Shown: piece after piece, positions 37,472 through 50,853 of the stretch
Layout: every line of letters starts with the position of its first letter
How positions within the stretch are numbered: the stretch's first letter is position 1
NCBI GenBank assembly: GCA_963514005.1
Contig: OY740806.1
Coordinates: forward strand, 26,040,001 to 26,104,000
DNA from: Raja brachyura
Lineage: Eukaryota
Direction: 5' to 3'
Length of the DNA stretch: 64,000 bases
The notes under the pieces: model-generated
What the model saw: the letters and a program-made list of their open reading frames with translations, nothing else
Databases searched by the model: none
What the model was told of the DNA's origin: nothing
Program-made: the position numbers and the translations under genes

Positions 37472-38064
37472 ATGAGGTGTTACACATTGGGAGATCGAAT
37501 GGTGGGGAGAGTATATAGTTAATGGCATGACTCGGGTCGATGATGAAGGCCCACAATTCAGCTTGGGTCATATTGCTCCAGTGCAGTGCGTTATCCAGGG
37601 CAAAGTGATTTGCTTATATTACCACATACGTCATGAGCTTTTAATTGATGGCAATATACATGCAGAAGAACGAGCCTTTTCTTCTGCTTATCAGCAAATG
37701 TCTCCAGGTTTGGTTGACTCGGTTCCGAACAGAATATTTCCCAGAGCTGGGGTTAGGTCTAGGTCGGCTATGATTGGGTTAGGTTCTATGAATTTTTAGA
37801 TTTGGATTGTATTTCAACAGGACCCTGTGAAATTATGATCACAAACCTCCAGCCAGAATAAACCCTTCCACCACAACCATCTGTCTTATATGAGTAAACC
37901 AATTCTGATTCTAAAACAGCCAAATTACTGTGGATCCCATGCATCTTAATCTTAGTTGGACCAATGTAGGCCAATGTCCTATTGAACTCTTGAAAATATT
38001 GCAATGTTTTTTGAAAAAGTTTTGACATTCTGAATTAATTTAACACTTTTTCCCTATAATAATA

Positions 38065-38375
38065 TCATAGAGAAATGGAGCATAGAAACAGGCTCTTGAG
38101 TCCACCATCAACCCATTTACACTAATCTAACATTAATCCTATTCTTCGTACATTCTACCAATTCCTTATAGTTTCTACAACTCACCTACTACTCTATGGT
38201 AATTTGGAGTGGCCACTTGACCTACTGAACTGCATATCTTTGGGATGTGGAGGAAACCCACGTGATCATGGGAAGATTGTGTAATTTCCACACAGACAGC
38301 ATCCAATATCAGGATTGAACCCAGCTCGCTGGTGCGGTGAGGTAGGGGCTCTACTTGGTGCGCACTATGCTGGAC
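38065..38375 (-). mobile_element. tRNA-derived HE1/V-SINE-like element
   Basis: Minus strand: gtagagcccctacctcaccgcaccagcgagctgggttcaatcctga...tgctgtctgtgtggaaatt; CR1-like tail. Other copies at about 13800-13940, 30270-30450, 52700-52920 (+) and 54040-54235 (+). Confidence 0.7.
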
Positions 38376-41300
38376 ATTGCGTAGGGCCCAATGCATTGTA
38401 ATTGAACCAGAGGTGTCTAACCTTTGCAGGAAAATCCTGTTCTGTCTGGTTGTAAATGGGCAAGGCAGGCTCACGTGTTCCTGCAGATGCATTTATCAAT
38501 TAACAACTGGCATTTCCATCGTATTCCAGAGTTGTGAGCATCAAACTGTTAAGATAATGAGAGGTACAAAATTGAATAAATGCTGCACTGTCCGAGAGAT
38601 GATGTTTTATGCATGAGACCATAAGCGTAGACTGTGTCGTCAGGTGGATGTCAGACCCGAAGTTACTATTTTGAATAAAAGTGCTGGAATCTCCAGAATG
38701 TTGGCCAGTCATCTCACGCACACTCATCATTACTTAGAAAACAGTAATGTTTTCCCGATGGCAATGGACTTGAATTGGCTATCTGCTTACGCATTACATG
38801 TTGAGTGCCATAACCAAGCATTACTTGTACACCACATGAATTGTATGTTATAACATTTGCTTTTCACACATTGGCTGCCCTGTTTCCTATATCTCAATAT
38901 TGCCTATATTTCTAAAGAACTGCATTAGATGAAGACACATTGGTAAGATCTGAAAGGCATCACAGAAACGAAAGCTTCGCGTTTCTTCCACATTCATGCG
39001 TCAAAGCAATTAATAGCAGTATTTTGCAGTTCCTGTTTTCCACTGCTCAGGCTGTGGCATCAAACATGTCACATGCATCTCGATCCAAGATATCAGCTGA
39101 TTCCCTGTGTGAGTCAGCAGTAGGTGGAGTCCAGTTAAAATTAGCCGTGAGATAGTTGGGAGCAGAGACTGTGACTCAGTAACCAGTTTGACATTCCACC
39201 ACCACCTCTTTTAATTAAACCAATATGCATTATGTCTTAAATGTATTATGGCCTTCAGCAAAATGTCAGGCATACCAATGTGGAGCACAATACAAACCAA
39301 GACAAAGGTGCGATTTACAAAGATTTATATTTAAGCATACAGGAGCCATGAGGTTGAGCTGACAAGCCCCTGCAGCACAGGTACGACATGTCCTGTGGCT
39401 GGGTTGTCCAGAGAAAAGAGATAATGCCGTGATGTAAGAGGCACTAGTTCACGACAGAGATGAGAAGACGTTTCCTGACACAGAATGTGGTGAACGCTTG
39501 ACTTTCTTTGCCCAACAATGGAGCCTCAGTCATTGAACACATTCAAGGCAGAAATGAATAGATATTTTTATTGTTCATTGCAAGGATGTGGGCATCACAA
39601 GCTGAGCCAGTATTTAATTGCCATTGAGAAGATGGTGGTGCACTTCCTTCTTGATCTGCCGCAGTCCTGGAGGTGTGTGTATTCCCACAATGCTGTTATG
39701 GCGGGAGTTCCTAGATTTTGACACGGCGATAGTGAAACTGTAAAAAAATAATTCCAAGTCAGGACAGTGTGTCCACTGTCGACAACCTCCCGATGGTGGT
39801 GTCCACGTGCTGTTGCAGCACAGATATAGTGGGCCGAAGAGCCTGTTCCTGTGTTGTACTTCTCTATGTTCTTCTGACCTGATGATTGAAGGAAGGTAAT
39901 TCATTGATGAAGCAGCTGAAGATGGTTGGGCCTAGGACAACTGAGGAATCCTGCAGAGATGTCCTGTGGCTGCCTTGATAGATCTCCAACCACCACAACC
40001 ATTTTTGTTTGTTCTTGGTAATATTCCAACCGGTGAAGGGTTTTCTGAATTTTTTGGATGTGAAGGAAATCAGGGATATACAGTTAGTGCAAAAATGTGG
40101 TGCAGAGGAAAAGATGAATATGATTTTATTAAATGTCAGAGTAGTCAATTGGGGCCAAATGCCTTGCTGCTTCTTATTGATGACATGTATCTGGTGGCAA
40201 CTTCGGTCCTCCTACCTACAAAGATATGTTATTTGGTTATGGTTTGAAGAAGTTGTTCACGAGATTCATGTTAAATCTTTCTCCTCTCACTTTAAACGTC
40301 ACACTGCTTGGATTAAACTCCATCTGCTATTTCTCTGCTTATTTCTATAGTTGATCATTATCCAAATCCCGCTGTATATTTTAAAAATCTTCCTCACTGT
40401 CCGCAACTCCAGCTATTTTGGCGTCATATGCAAAATTACTAACCAACTCATTGAAGTCATATATATATATATATATATATTATCAAAGCCCAATACACAG
40501 TGTAAAAATGTGAGGATATTGGAGCCTGCTAAAATGTGTTGTATTACAGGTAGTCTTGTATTTCAATGTGCACACAGTACTACTTCACACATTTGGCATA
40601 CACGGCCGACAATTTTCATCTAATATTTTTGAAAATTCATAGTTTTGCTTTATTTTAGAAATCATGATCGCTTTTGTATTGCCAGGAAAGAAAGTTTTAA
40701 GGCCTGTTGACCCCAGTCAGAGAAACAAAGGAAATAAAATCCTCTGCCATTTCAATATATTGGTTTTGTTCACGTGCCAATCCTCAAATCTGAAGGGAAG
40801 AGCGATGCTGAGATTTTCATCTGTTTGCTGACAATAGCAGGGGAAGAGAAGTCGGCAAGGCGCACACTGAAGGCCCATGATATATAGATCAGCACTTAAA
40901 TACACCAAGGTCTGCAAACATATTGACTTTGACCCTTTTGAAACAACTTTGGAACAAGCTGTTGTGTTACTTCACATTAGGAAAGTGATGCACTGAGACA
41001 ATATATTTCACTCTGCAGTTGCGGATTTTTGTATTTGTAAAAATTAACACTTGTTTATATGTTTCAAAGGATGGAGTGTTAAGCTGTAATGTGCTTCAAA
41101 ACAACGTTTGTTTACAACGAGAGTCTGGAGTCAGAGCAGAGGAAAAACAGTGCAAGTAGAGGAGAAAGGGGCGTAGATAATAGACAGTATAGAGCGGAAG
41201 GGAAAAAAGGTGTTTTAATTTTCTTTTGTTTTCCTTCATTTTCGGAAACTTCGTGCTGTAGAAGCTTTCTGCTTCACTGTGCAATTCAGTTGCAAACGGC

Positions 41301-42429
41301 AACGTTGTTCAATCATAGTCATACAGCATAGAAACAAGCCCTGAGTAGCACCCACTTTATTGTCATCTGCAAACTTACTCATCATACCTTGCACATTCTC
41401 ACATTCCAGACATCCCTTTACCTGCAAACAACTTGCTCCAATCAACCTTTGCAAATTCCTGTCCAATACCATCAAAGCCGGTCTTGCACCAATTCAGAAT
41501 TTTAACTTTTAGACCAGCCCTGTCCTTATCTATAACTATTTAAAAGTTAATAAAATTGTAATTGCTGGTCGCAAAATGCTTACCCACGGACACTTCAGTC
41601 ACATGCTCTTCCTAATTTTCTAAAAGTAGATCAAGATTTGCCCTCACCCTTGTCGTGCCCTTTACATATTGCATGAGGAAAATGTCCTGAACACATTTGA
41701 CAAATTCCACCCTGTCTGAGCCCTTGGCACTATGGCAGTCTCAATCTCTATCTGGAAAGTTAAAGTCCCCTGCTGACAACTCCCTTATTCTTACAGCTGC
41801 CTACAATCTCCCAATACATTTGCTTTTTTCATTCCCATTGACTATTTGGGGGTCTGTAGGATGCTCCCAACATGGTGATTGTCCCCTTTTTATTTCTCAA
41901 CTCCACCCACATAGCCTCACTGGATAAATCGTTGGGGAACATTCCTACTTTAGACTTCTGAAAGAAGTAGTTGAAAGTGGTTCGACCTGGGCCATTGCCC
42001 AGAGGAAGTAATTAATGTCCTAGATAGAGGTGATTCAGCACAGCAACAACAAACATCATTTCTGTGCTGGGTGTGATTCCTCTCATTGGGCTGTTTTCCT
42101 TTAGATTCCTTTCTCCCATGATCCCTGTATTTCAATTTTCCTGGAGTTCCTCAATGCCACCCTCAGCCAAATGTTACCCTGACATCAGTGGCAGCCACCT
42201 TCACCTCAACTCTGGAATTCAGCTCTTTGGACCCAGATCATAATGAAGTCTGGAGCCAAATGGTCGCAGCAAAAAGCCACTATTGATGATCAGGTCTTGG
42301 TGAGTAAGACCACTCACTAGAACCGTCTGTGACACCCTCATTCTGTTACTAACAATTCAGATTAAACCAAACCAATGGTTGTTGGCTGAAATGGATAATT
42401 TTGAATAGAGATACTTAGGCAAGTTTTGT

Positions 42430-42723
42430 GTAGGAAGGAACTGGATATGTTGGTTTAAACTGAAGAGCGACCCAAAAATTTGGAGTAACTCAGCAGATCA
42501 GGCAACATCTCGGGAGAAAAGGAATAGGTGACATTTGAGGTCGAGACCCTTCTTCAGACCAAGGCAAGTCAAGGCAACGTCTTGTGCAGCGGTAGTATAA
42601 CATCCCAACTTTGATAGTCACTTGCCGAATTGATGAAAGCTAATGTACCAAAAGCCTACTTGACCACCGTATCTACCTGTGGCACCACTTTTGAGGAACG
42701 TATGTACCTGCACTCCTGGATCT
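42430..42723 (-). mobile_element. Composite insertion: PLE 3' end (about 42430-42559) plus internal CR1 fragment (about 42595-42723)
   Basis: Whole unit flanked by the 15-bp direct repeat TTAGGCAAGTTTTGT at 42415-42429 and 42724-42738. Confidence 0.7.
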
Positions 42724-45700
42724 TTAGGCAAGTTTTGTTGGGTGATGCCAGTGTAATAATTAGACTGACTGGAGACACTACCAGTACTGGAATACAAGTT
42801 CTCAGCACCCTAGCCAGCATGTTGTAAGGATTTATAGCTTTTCCAATATTCAATGCGCATAGATACTTGATATCATGTAGATCGACTTGCTTTAAACTGG
42901 CTTCCGTGAGCTTGGAGATCACAAAGGATCATCCATGTGTCTGTTTGCGAATGTTTCAGACATGTTTTGGGGGACTTGCGTGCTGGGTCCTGCCATTATT
43001 GCGCAAGGGAATGTTTTCGGAGCCACCTCCCACTGTTACTACTTAATTATCCACCACGAGACACTATCGTGGTGTCAAGATTGCAGGCAGTGGATTGGGT
43101 TTGTTACTTATGGTATCACTTTGCTCTGTTGAAAGAATGCTGCTTCTACTTGTGGTTCAGTGGGAGGACATTATTTCTAATTATGTTTAGGGCTGTTCCT
43201 GGCATTCTCTTCTGCACTACTCGCTGATCAGTTAGTTTGATGGTGACAGTGGAGTGAGGGATGTGCCAGCATATGAAATAGATCATGGAATCTAATCTGC
43301 TGTCATAGCGTCATTGCACTCTGAGATGCCTCGAGTAATTAAGTCAGGTCTGAATCTACATCATTTGGAACAATGATAATGGTGAACAATATAAGGATGG
43401 CATCCTCCATGAGAAGGCAGAACTTGTCCCTGTAAAAACTGTGGTAGTGATTTCAATCACTCCCATAATTGTCAGATGCAGATATATCAGTGAACATGAG
43501 TTTAGATAGACCTTTCCCTTGTGTTTATTCGATTGCCGGCAACTGCAATTCCAGTTTATTGACCATGCCTTTTAGAACTTGTTTATCTTGATGGGTATAT
43601 TTGCTGTCCGCCACGAGCTATTTTACGACAGGTTAGGACATCACCCAGCTAGAACACTTCAGATTCTCCTGCTTTCACAATTGCTTCTTCCAAGTGTTGC
43701 TTAAAATGGAGGTGTAACAGTAGATTGTTATCAGGAGGACGATTTATTACCCATGTTTGCTCTGAGCAACCATGGAGGATTAATTTGTAATGGTTGCTCT
43801 AATATGTAATGAGACCTTGAGTTCATGTTGAGGATCTTCCAATTCACTCGATCCAATTTATGAACCAGTTTGCTCCCATTCTAGGAGACCGTGTCTCTCC
43901 CTGTAATGGCACAGATGTTAGCGAGAAGATGGTGTCATAAATTTTCAGCAACAATACTGACACGGTTACTTTCTAATTTCTAAGATTCTTCTGCTAAAGA
44001 TTTTTCTTTAAATTATGTTTTGATTATATGCTATTCCATTTTGAATAGGCTTAATTGGGAGGTTAATAACAATGCAACTGAGTAGTAATGGAGCATGTTT
44101 AACATCCCAGGCTACATCACATGATTGTTAACAAACAGACTTTGACATTGAATCAAGATGCAAATATTGAACATGTGATTTGGCCAATGGTGGCAATGGT
44201 TTGGTCACTAAAGAGAGGGAGGGCAGTTAACGAGGCAATCCCAGAGCTTGGGCTCTTGGCATCTGGACACAGAGCTGGCAATGGTGAACAAAGAAAATCC
44301 GGATGTGAAACGTGCCAGAATTGGAAGATTACAGAAATGCGGTTGTAGGGCTGGAGGAGTTTCAGGATGGGGAGGCCGAGGCTGAGGCCAAGAAGTGATT
44401 CAATGCCAGAAGAAGAATTATCAGAGTTGTTAGTTGGGGATCTAAGGTAGGATGAAAGATGGGAGACCAGAACTCTGAAATAGCCACCTCTGGAGGTGAC
44501 AAAGACTTAAATTAGGGTTTCAGGAGCTGATAAGATTCAATGTGAATTAACCTGTTTGCGGTAAATTCCATTCAGTTCATTACATCCCCCAGCATCGTAT
44601 CCTACTGATGTCATTGGTTGTTTGAGGTAGTTTTGGGCTCATGTGCTTTAGCATGATGCTTCGTTAAACTAAATGGTTGACCTTATTGCGACCATTGTTC
44701 CAGCGTGGTTCCAGCACTTTCTTTACCTCCAGTAGGTAGTCTTCCAATCCGCAATTCACTTCCTGTAAAAGTGCTACGATTGGAATTACTCAGTTCCCTC
44801 ACAAGGAAATGGAATGGACAACAACGAGATAATTTCCAGGTTCAAGGGGAAAGAAGCCAATTAACCTACAAACCTGAACGTCTTTGGAATGTGGGAGGAA
44901 ACCCGGAGAAAGCCCGTGTGATCACAGGGAGCTTGTGTTGGCCAACACTGGGTTCTCCTCGAGTGCAGAGCCGAGTCTTCCTGCCGGTCTATGTATGTCA
45001 GGGAGAATGTGATTTATTGTAGACTAGAATATCTCCTCCCGCAGGGCCAAAGTGAACATCAAGGAAATAACTTGCTGGTTTCCTCAGCCATGGAGATAAA
45101 ACAATTAATTGTGAAATACATCCTTGAGTGGGTCACGATAACATTGGTTATCACGTGCCTTATCTCTCTCTGGAACGATGGTCCATCAGCTGGGCTGGTG
45201 GAATTGATGCTCACTCATAATTACTCAGCCGCTGCTGTGAGTCTGATGCTGTGACGTGAGGTTTCAGTCCCTGGATATTAAAGTAACCATTTGACTGAGG
45301 CCAGCATGTTGTCACTGTGACCTCACAGTTTTATACACATCTGGAGTTATACCAAGCTCTAATTTATTATCTGAAGACAACTTGGAATGTCCTTAAACCC
45401 ACACCAGCTGTTACTGGTTGACACTATTTACAGGAGGTTTTTCTTTCCCATCCTCAGCAATATGAAGAGGAAATATTGAAGTCAGTTGAATGAGGTTTTA
45501 TTCCAGCGAGATGCATTGGATCTAATGTTAATGCTACGAGTGATTTAGAACACCACTGTGCTAAAAACCAACTCTTTCATGTGATGGTGTGGTGTGAAAT
45601 TAGGATGGTTGTGCCAGCTGTAAACTGACTGCATGACAGTAAGGGGAATGACCTCAAACCGTGGGACAGCAGGGCTTCAGTTCGGCTACACCGTTGACCA

Positions 45701-47949
45701 CTGGTAGCACCAATGCTGCCTGTCCAGTTTGTCTAGTCACAGGTTCAATGGCTCACTGCAATTACTAAGGTGGGCCTGAGTGATTATGTGGTTTAAAAAC
45801 TCCACCTTGCCCTTTATTCCTTCATACTGCAAAGTCTGGGACCAGAGGAACAGGAGCCATTGAGTCATAGACTCGTATAGCATGGAAACAGACCCTTCGG
45901 CCCAACTCGTCCATGCCGTCCAAGATGCCCCATCTAAGCTAGGCCTACATTTGGCCCATATCCCTCTAAAACTCTCCTGTACCTGTTTGTGTCCCTTAAA
46001 TGTTGTTATTGGACTTGCCTCAATATCTCCACTTATCTATCTTCGTACGTCTTAGGATGTCCAGCACCTCCTTGACCGTAATAAGGAATCTCCATTGACT
46101 GTTGCAAATTCCCTCGTCTTCATGTCTTTCTCCACAGTAAAAACAGAGGGCAAATACTCATTGCTCATATCCCATGACTACTAACATAGATAACTTTGGC
46201 TTCTGAGGGCCCCTATTATCTCTCTACCCTCTTACCCTTAATGTACATAATATATTTTGGATTCTCCTTAATCTTAACAGCCAGAGCTATCTCTTCCTCT
46301 CTTTTTCTGGAGGACCCTTTGTATGCAAAAAAACCTACTCCAATCAACTTTGCTCATTCATGCTCATACTATCGAAGTTGGCCTTTTAGATCCCAATTAG
46401 ATCATTGCTTAATTGTTTATACTCGTGGAAGAACATGACTAATGCACTCAACCACTTCTTTTGGCCTTGGCGTTAGGGATGTGTGATGAATGGCAAACTT
46501 GCCAATGATGTCCACATTCTGTAAACAAATGAAATAAAAGCCATCCTCGTCAATCTGCGATCAGTGGTTTCAAGGCGAACATCCTTCCTGTGGCTATAAA
46601 GAGTTGGGTGGTATTTCAACATGTTACATATTTCTTTTGAGTCCCACTCTGACCCTTCTCTCCACACACGAGCATGTTTCCTTGCTCTCATTGTGTGTCG
46701 ATGCCTAGCTGCCCCCTTTCGCAGTCCCTTCAGTTTCTGACCTGCATTGAGATCTTAGATGTTAACGGTATTGGCTCTTGATGTGTCAGCTAGTCCTTCT
46801 CTTCATTTTCCAGTCTCTCCATTCAATGCTATTCTGACAGCAATCTCAGGCACACATCCTGCCTAGTCATATTGTGATTCTGAGTTACCTGAATGCCGGC
46901 ACCTTTCTCTACCTTCACAACTATCGACCAATTGTAGCGCTGTTCCCTGGAGCTCCTTTCATTAAACCCCTTGCCTCACTGCACCCTCTACTTTCAAAAA
47001 TCACTCCTGTATGTTTTCTCTACTTTTCCCAAACGCTGTTGATTTCTGCTCAAAGTCCATCCTTCCTACCTGGTGTTTTGGGACAATATCATGTCAATAG
47101 CATAATATGAAGCCAGTTGTTACATTGTTTCCCAGTTTTGAATATGGTGACCTTATGTTCATGAGAACTTTCATGCTAGCTTGCTAAATATCACGAGAGG
47201 ATCTAATTTCGCTCCATGTTGAAGTTTGTGTGCCTCTGTCCTCATTTCATATCCACCTGTGTTAATTTCCCTTTTATGCCATTAGTACTGAATTATGTTG
47301 TACTCGGGGATATTCTGCATAAATTACTATAAACTAGCTGCATCTGAAATGAGGAATAATGTTTCAGTCCAATTATTTGGACACTGTGTTGAGGAATTCC
47401 TTTGAAGTACCCGGTGGGCCCACAGAGACCGCAGAATTAATATCCGTTCCACTTTCTCTTCTTGTACGGCATCTCTTGTGGTGGAGATGTCCTCCATTGA
47501 TCATTGAACTGACAGGGATGCACAAACTAGTTATTCAAATGCAAGTTCACCTCGGTTACTCTACATTTTACCTCTGCGCTGAGCTTTCGTCAAACATTGC
47601 TGCCAAAATCAAGTACATTCTGGCAGCGAGGCTGTACTAATTGACTCCACATCTGCTCCTCAGTGGCCATCATCTCAGGGGCTCCTCAGGGGCTGCATGC
47701 TTAATCTACTGCTCTACTCTCTTTACAACCATGACTGTGTGGCTGAGCACAGCGTCAATGCCATCTATAAGTATGCTGATGACACAACTGTTGGCTGAAT
47801 CATGGATGGTGATGAGTCAGCATGCAGGAGAGAGATTAAACTTGTGGTTGAGTGATGCCACAACAATAACCTCTCGCTCAACATCGACAAAACCAAGGAA
47901 ATAGTCAGAAAGGGAAGTCTGGAGACCACACGGCAGTTTTTATTGGATA

Positions 47950-48555
47950 TGCAATAGTGCAGATGCTGGTATCTTGAACAGAAACACAAACTGGAATCTT
48001 GAGCAAAAAACAAACCGCTGGTCAGGCAGGATCTTGGAGGGAAATGGACACACAACACTTCAGGTCAAGACCCTTCTTCAGACATGGAGCAAAGGGTAGA
48101 TAACTGGTAGTAAGGGGTGAGGGGAAGGAATGGGTAAGAGCTGGCTAATGACAGATGGATCCAGGTAAGGATGGTGGATTGGCAGATGAGGCCGATGGTG
48201 GAGAGAAAGGTGGAGATAGTGACCTCTGCTGGAGATGATAATGTGGAAGATGAGAGGATGCAAATGATGGAACCTGATAAGAAAGGGACGGTGGGAAGTG
48301 AAATGTAATACCAGAGGGAGGGATTGTATGAAGGGAGTGGAGGAGGGAAACAGGGAAATTGTGGAGTAGGGAGGTGTGATTGATGAGCAGAGGTGGAGGA
48401 GGGGGAACTGAGTAACGGAGGCATGGGGACCAGAAAGAAATGGATGCATGGAGGGAGGGAATTTTACATGAAACTAGACCATTTAATGTTCAAACCGTTT
48501 GGGATGGAGGCTACCCAAACAGAAGATGAGGTGGCGTTCTTCCAGTTGCACTTTA
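47950..48555 (-). mobile_element. Old Penelope-like element 3' portion
   Basis: Minus-strand QLEERHLIFCLGSLHP, CT-rich 3'UTR, then tctgaagaagggtcttgacctgaa and the ccagcatctgca tail. Confidence 0.8.
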
Positions 48556-48646
48556 CACTTTCCATTTACGCTTCCCTTTTTTTTGTCATTTTTCGTTTTC
48601 GGCTCAGTAGTGAATAGAGTTGAGTTGAGTTTAGTGATACAGTGCA

Positions 48647-49686
48647 TAGCAATGTTACAAAATGTTGAGATTTTAAAAATCAAGTCTGCAATTTATCCCA
48701 TCAGTTAAAGCAATAAAAAAAGTTTAATTTGACACCTAATTCACTTTCATATCTTCAGTATTAAGAAAGTTATGACCATTTTCATACTCGGAAATTAGCA
48801 TCTTGTTCCCCATTGCCTTTCAATTGACTGAACTCAAAAGCTGTGATCTAGAACCGTTAAAAGCCCATAGCTTTCTTAAAAATTAAGAGAACTCAATGAA
48901 ATTTTCAGTTATTATAGATTGAAGTATTCTGAAACAAATATGAAACAATCTTACTTGGATGACCTGAAATTAAAGCATATAATTAGTTAGTTATCTAATT
49001 GTAGCTAATTACAAAATTCAATGAGTAGATCTAAACATCTATCCATTTCTTAAAAGATAAACTTTTTTTAAATTGCCTAAGTGTCCAAATAACATTCACA
49101 CAATAATCCACAATATAACATAATTTTTAAATCTCATTTTCATGAATTTCTGGGCCAAATGGAAGGAATTTAGTGTTTAATGCCTGTAAATTAATGGCCA
49201 TTTAAATCAACTAGCGAGTGGGTTTTAGTGGAATGCAGTGGATTGGAACATTGCGGTTTGCTGTGAAGTCGGTATGAAAAATACAGCCGGTTCATACATT
49301 TTTTTTGGACCCCATTTCGCAACATGAAAATATTATTAAAGCCTCCATAAAAACCAACTTTTAATATAAAAATAAACTGTGTACCTTTTTTCTCCCCTAC
49401 GCAAAATCCTTCCCGTTATCGGCGCTCACGGCTTTTGAAGGTGATTTTTAAATTACTCTAGATAATAAATAATCTAGCGTAATTTAAAAATACATTCATT
49501 AATGAAATGTCGGAGCGATTTTCTTCCGCAACAAAATCGCCCAACATTGATCGATTTGCCCAGTCTGAAGAAAAACGGCGCTTTAAAACACCCCCCCCCC
49601 CCCCCCCCCCGAAAGGCGCCAAAGTCGCACACACGGGGAGCGGCAGAACTGCAGCGCTGCTCAAGGTACGTTTTGTAACATACCTA
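48647..49686. mobile_element. Non-autonomous DNA transposon (1040 bp) with short TIRs, superfamily uncertain
   Basis: TAGCAATGTTACAAAA / TTTTGTAACATACCTA (14/16 inverted match); flanking direct repeat CAGTGCA at 48640-48646 and 49687-49693; no transposase ORF. Confidence 0.75.
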
Positions 49687-49784
49687 CAGTGCAGAGAGAG
49701 AAAGAGAGAAGATTGGAGGGTAGGAAAGTAATAAACCCATGAAGCATTCCTTTCTGCTTTCACCCTTCACATGGATGGCATTTC

Positions 49785-50600
49785 AAGTGTCAGAATCAAG
49801 AGTGTTTTATTGTCAAATGTCCCAAAAACAGAGCAATGAAATTCTTACATGCAGCAGCATAACAGATACACAACAGTTAAACGTGGTACTCTGTAAACGG
49901 CATAATGAACAACATAAAAGTGCAGTATTTTTTTTTTTAAACCAATATTAATACAAAGACAAAAACAATGCCCCAAGTCTATGTAGTTCCTAGCTTGGTT
50001 GGAGGTTGTGGTATTTATAACCTGATGTTTATTTTGAAGAAGCTGTTCTTGGACCTGAATGTTACTGGTTTCAGACTGCTATATCTTCTTCGCAATGGCA
50101 GGAGGTGAAATGAGAGCATGGCCAGGGTGTGGATCTCTGATGATGCTGGCTGCCTTTTTGAGGCAGCAGCTTCTGTAGATTCTTTCCATGGTGGGAAGGT
50201 CAGTAGCTATGATGGACTGGGCAGTGTTCACCACTTTTTGCAATCTTCTTCATTCTTGGCTGTTTGACTTGCCAAACCAGGCCATAATGTAACTGCTCAA
50301 TATGCTCTCTACCGTACACCTATAGATGTTTAGGAGGGTATTCATCGCCGGCAAGTTTGTTATTCTTGCACCATTCGGCCAGTCAATTGATCTCCCTCAT
50401 ATACTCTGACTCGTTATCATCCGGAATTTGTCTAACAGCAGTGGTGTTGTCTGCGAATTAAAAGATGAAGTTGGAATTGTTGTCCGGCTACACAGCCATA
50501 GGTATACACTGAGTAGAGCAGGGAACTGAGCACACAGCCTTGAGGTGTTCCTGTGCTGATGGTTATCGAGCAGGAAATGTTGCTGCCTCTCTAATCAACG
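49785..50600 (-). mobile_element. Rex1/Babar-like LINE fragment with 3' tail
   Basis: Same tail as the copy at 24010 (tcaagagtgttttattgtca...caatgaaattcttac); RT remnants ttcgcagacaacaccactg (FADNTT) and ggaacacctcaaggctgtgtgctcag (GTPQGCVLS). Confidence 0.8.
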
Positions 50601-50692
50601 CATTGTCTTTGCTGCTTTTTTTGAAGCTCAGCCTGTCATTTTCTGATATAGTTAATACCACCTCTGATAAACCTACGCTCTTACGCCTCAGA

Positions 50693-50853
50693 AGGACATA
50701 AAGTACTAGAGTAACTCAGCAGGTTAGCCAGCATCGCGACCCGAGACGTCACCTATCAATGTTCTCCAGACATGCTGTCAATACCAGCTGAGTTACTCCA
50801 GCACCGTTCCTTTCGTGTATTAACCAGCAACTGCAGTTCTTTGTTTCTACTGC
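50693..50853. mobile_element. Fold-back PLE-derived element with tail on the right
   Basis: gagtaactcagc / gctgagttactc arms; flanks TA(C/T)GCCTCAGA at 50682-50692 and 50854-50864. Confidence 0.7.

Larger units (their letters stand above)
36140..37530 (+). mobile_element. Degenerate CR1 LINE (linker and RT region), host of the 37242 palindrome
   Basis: LKNIKVEVSPGHNGIY..MKEAREEIAGA; gcatttgataaagtccctcat (AFDKVPH); cttgcagatgac (ADD motif). Confidence 0.8.
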
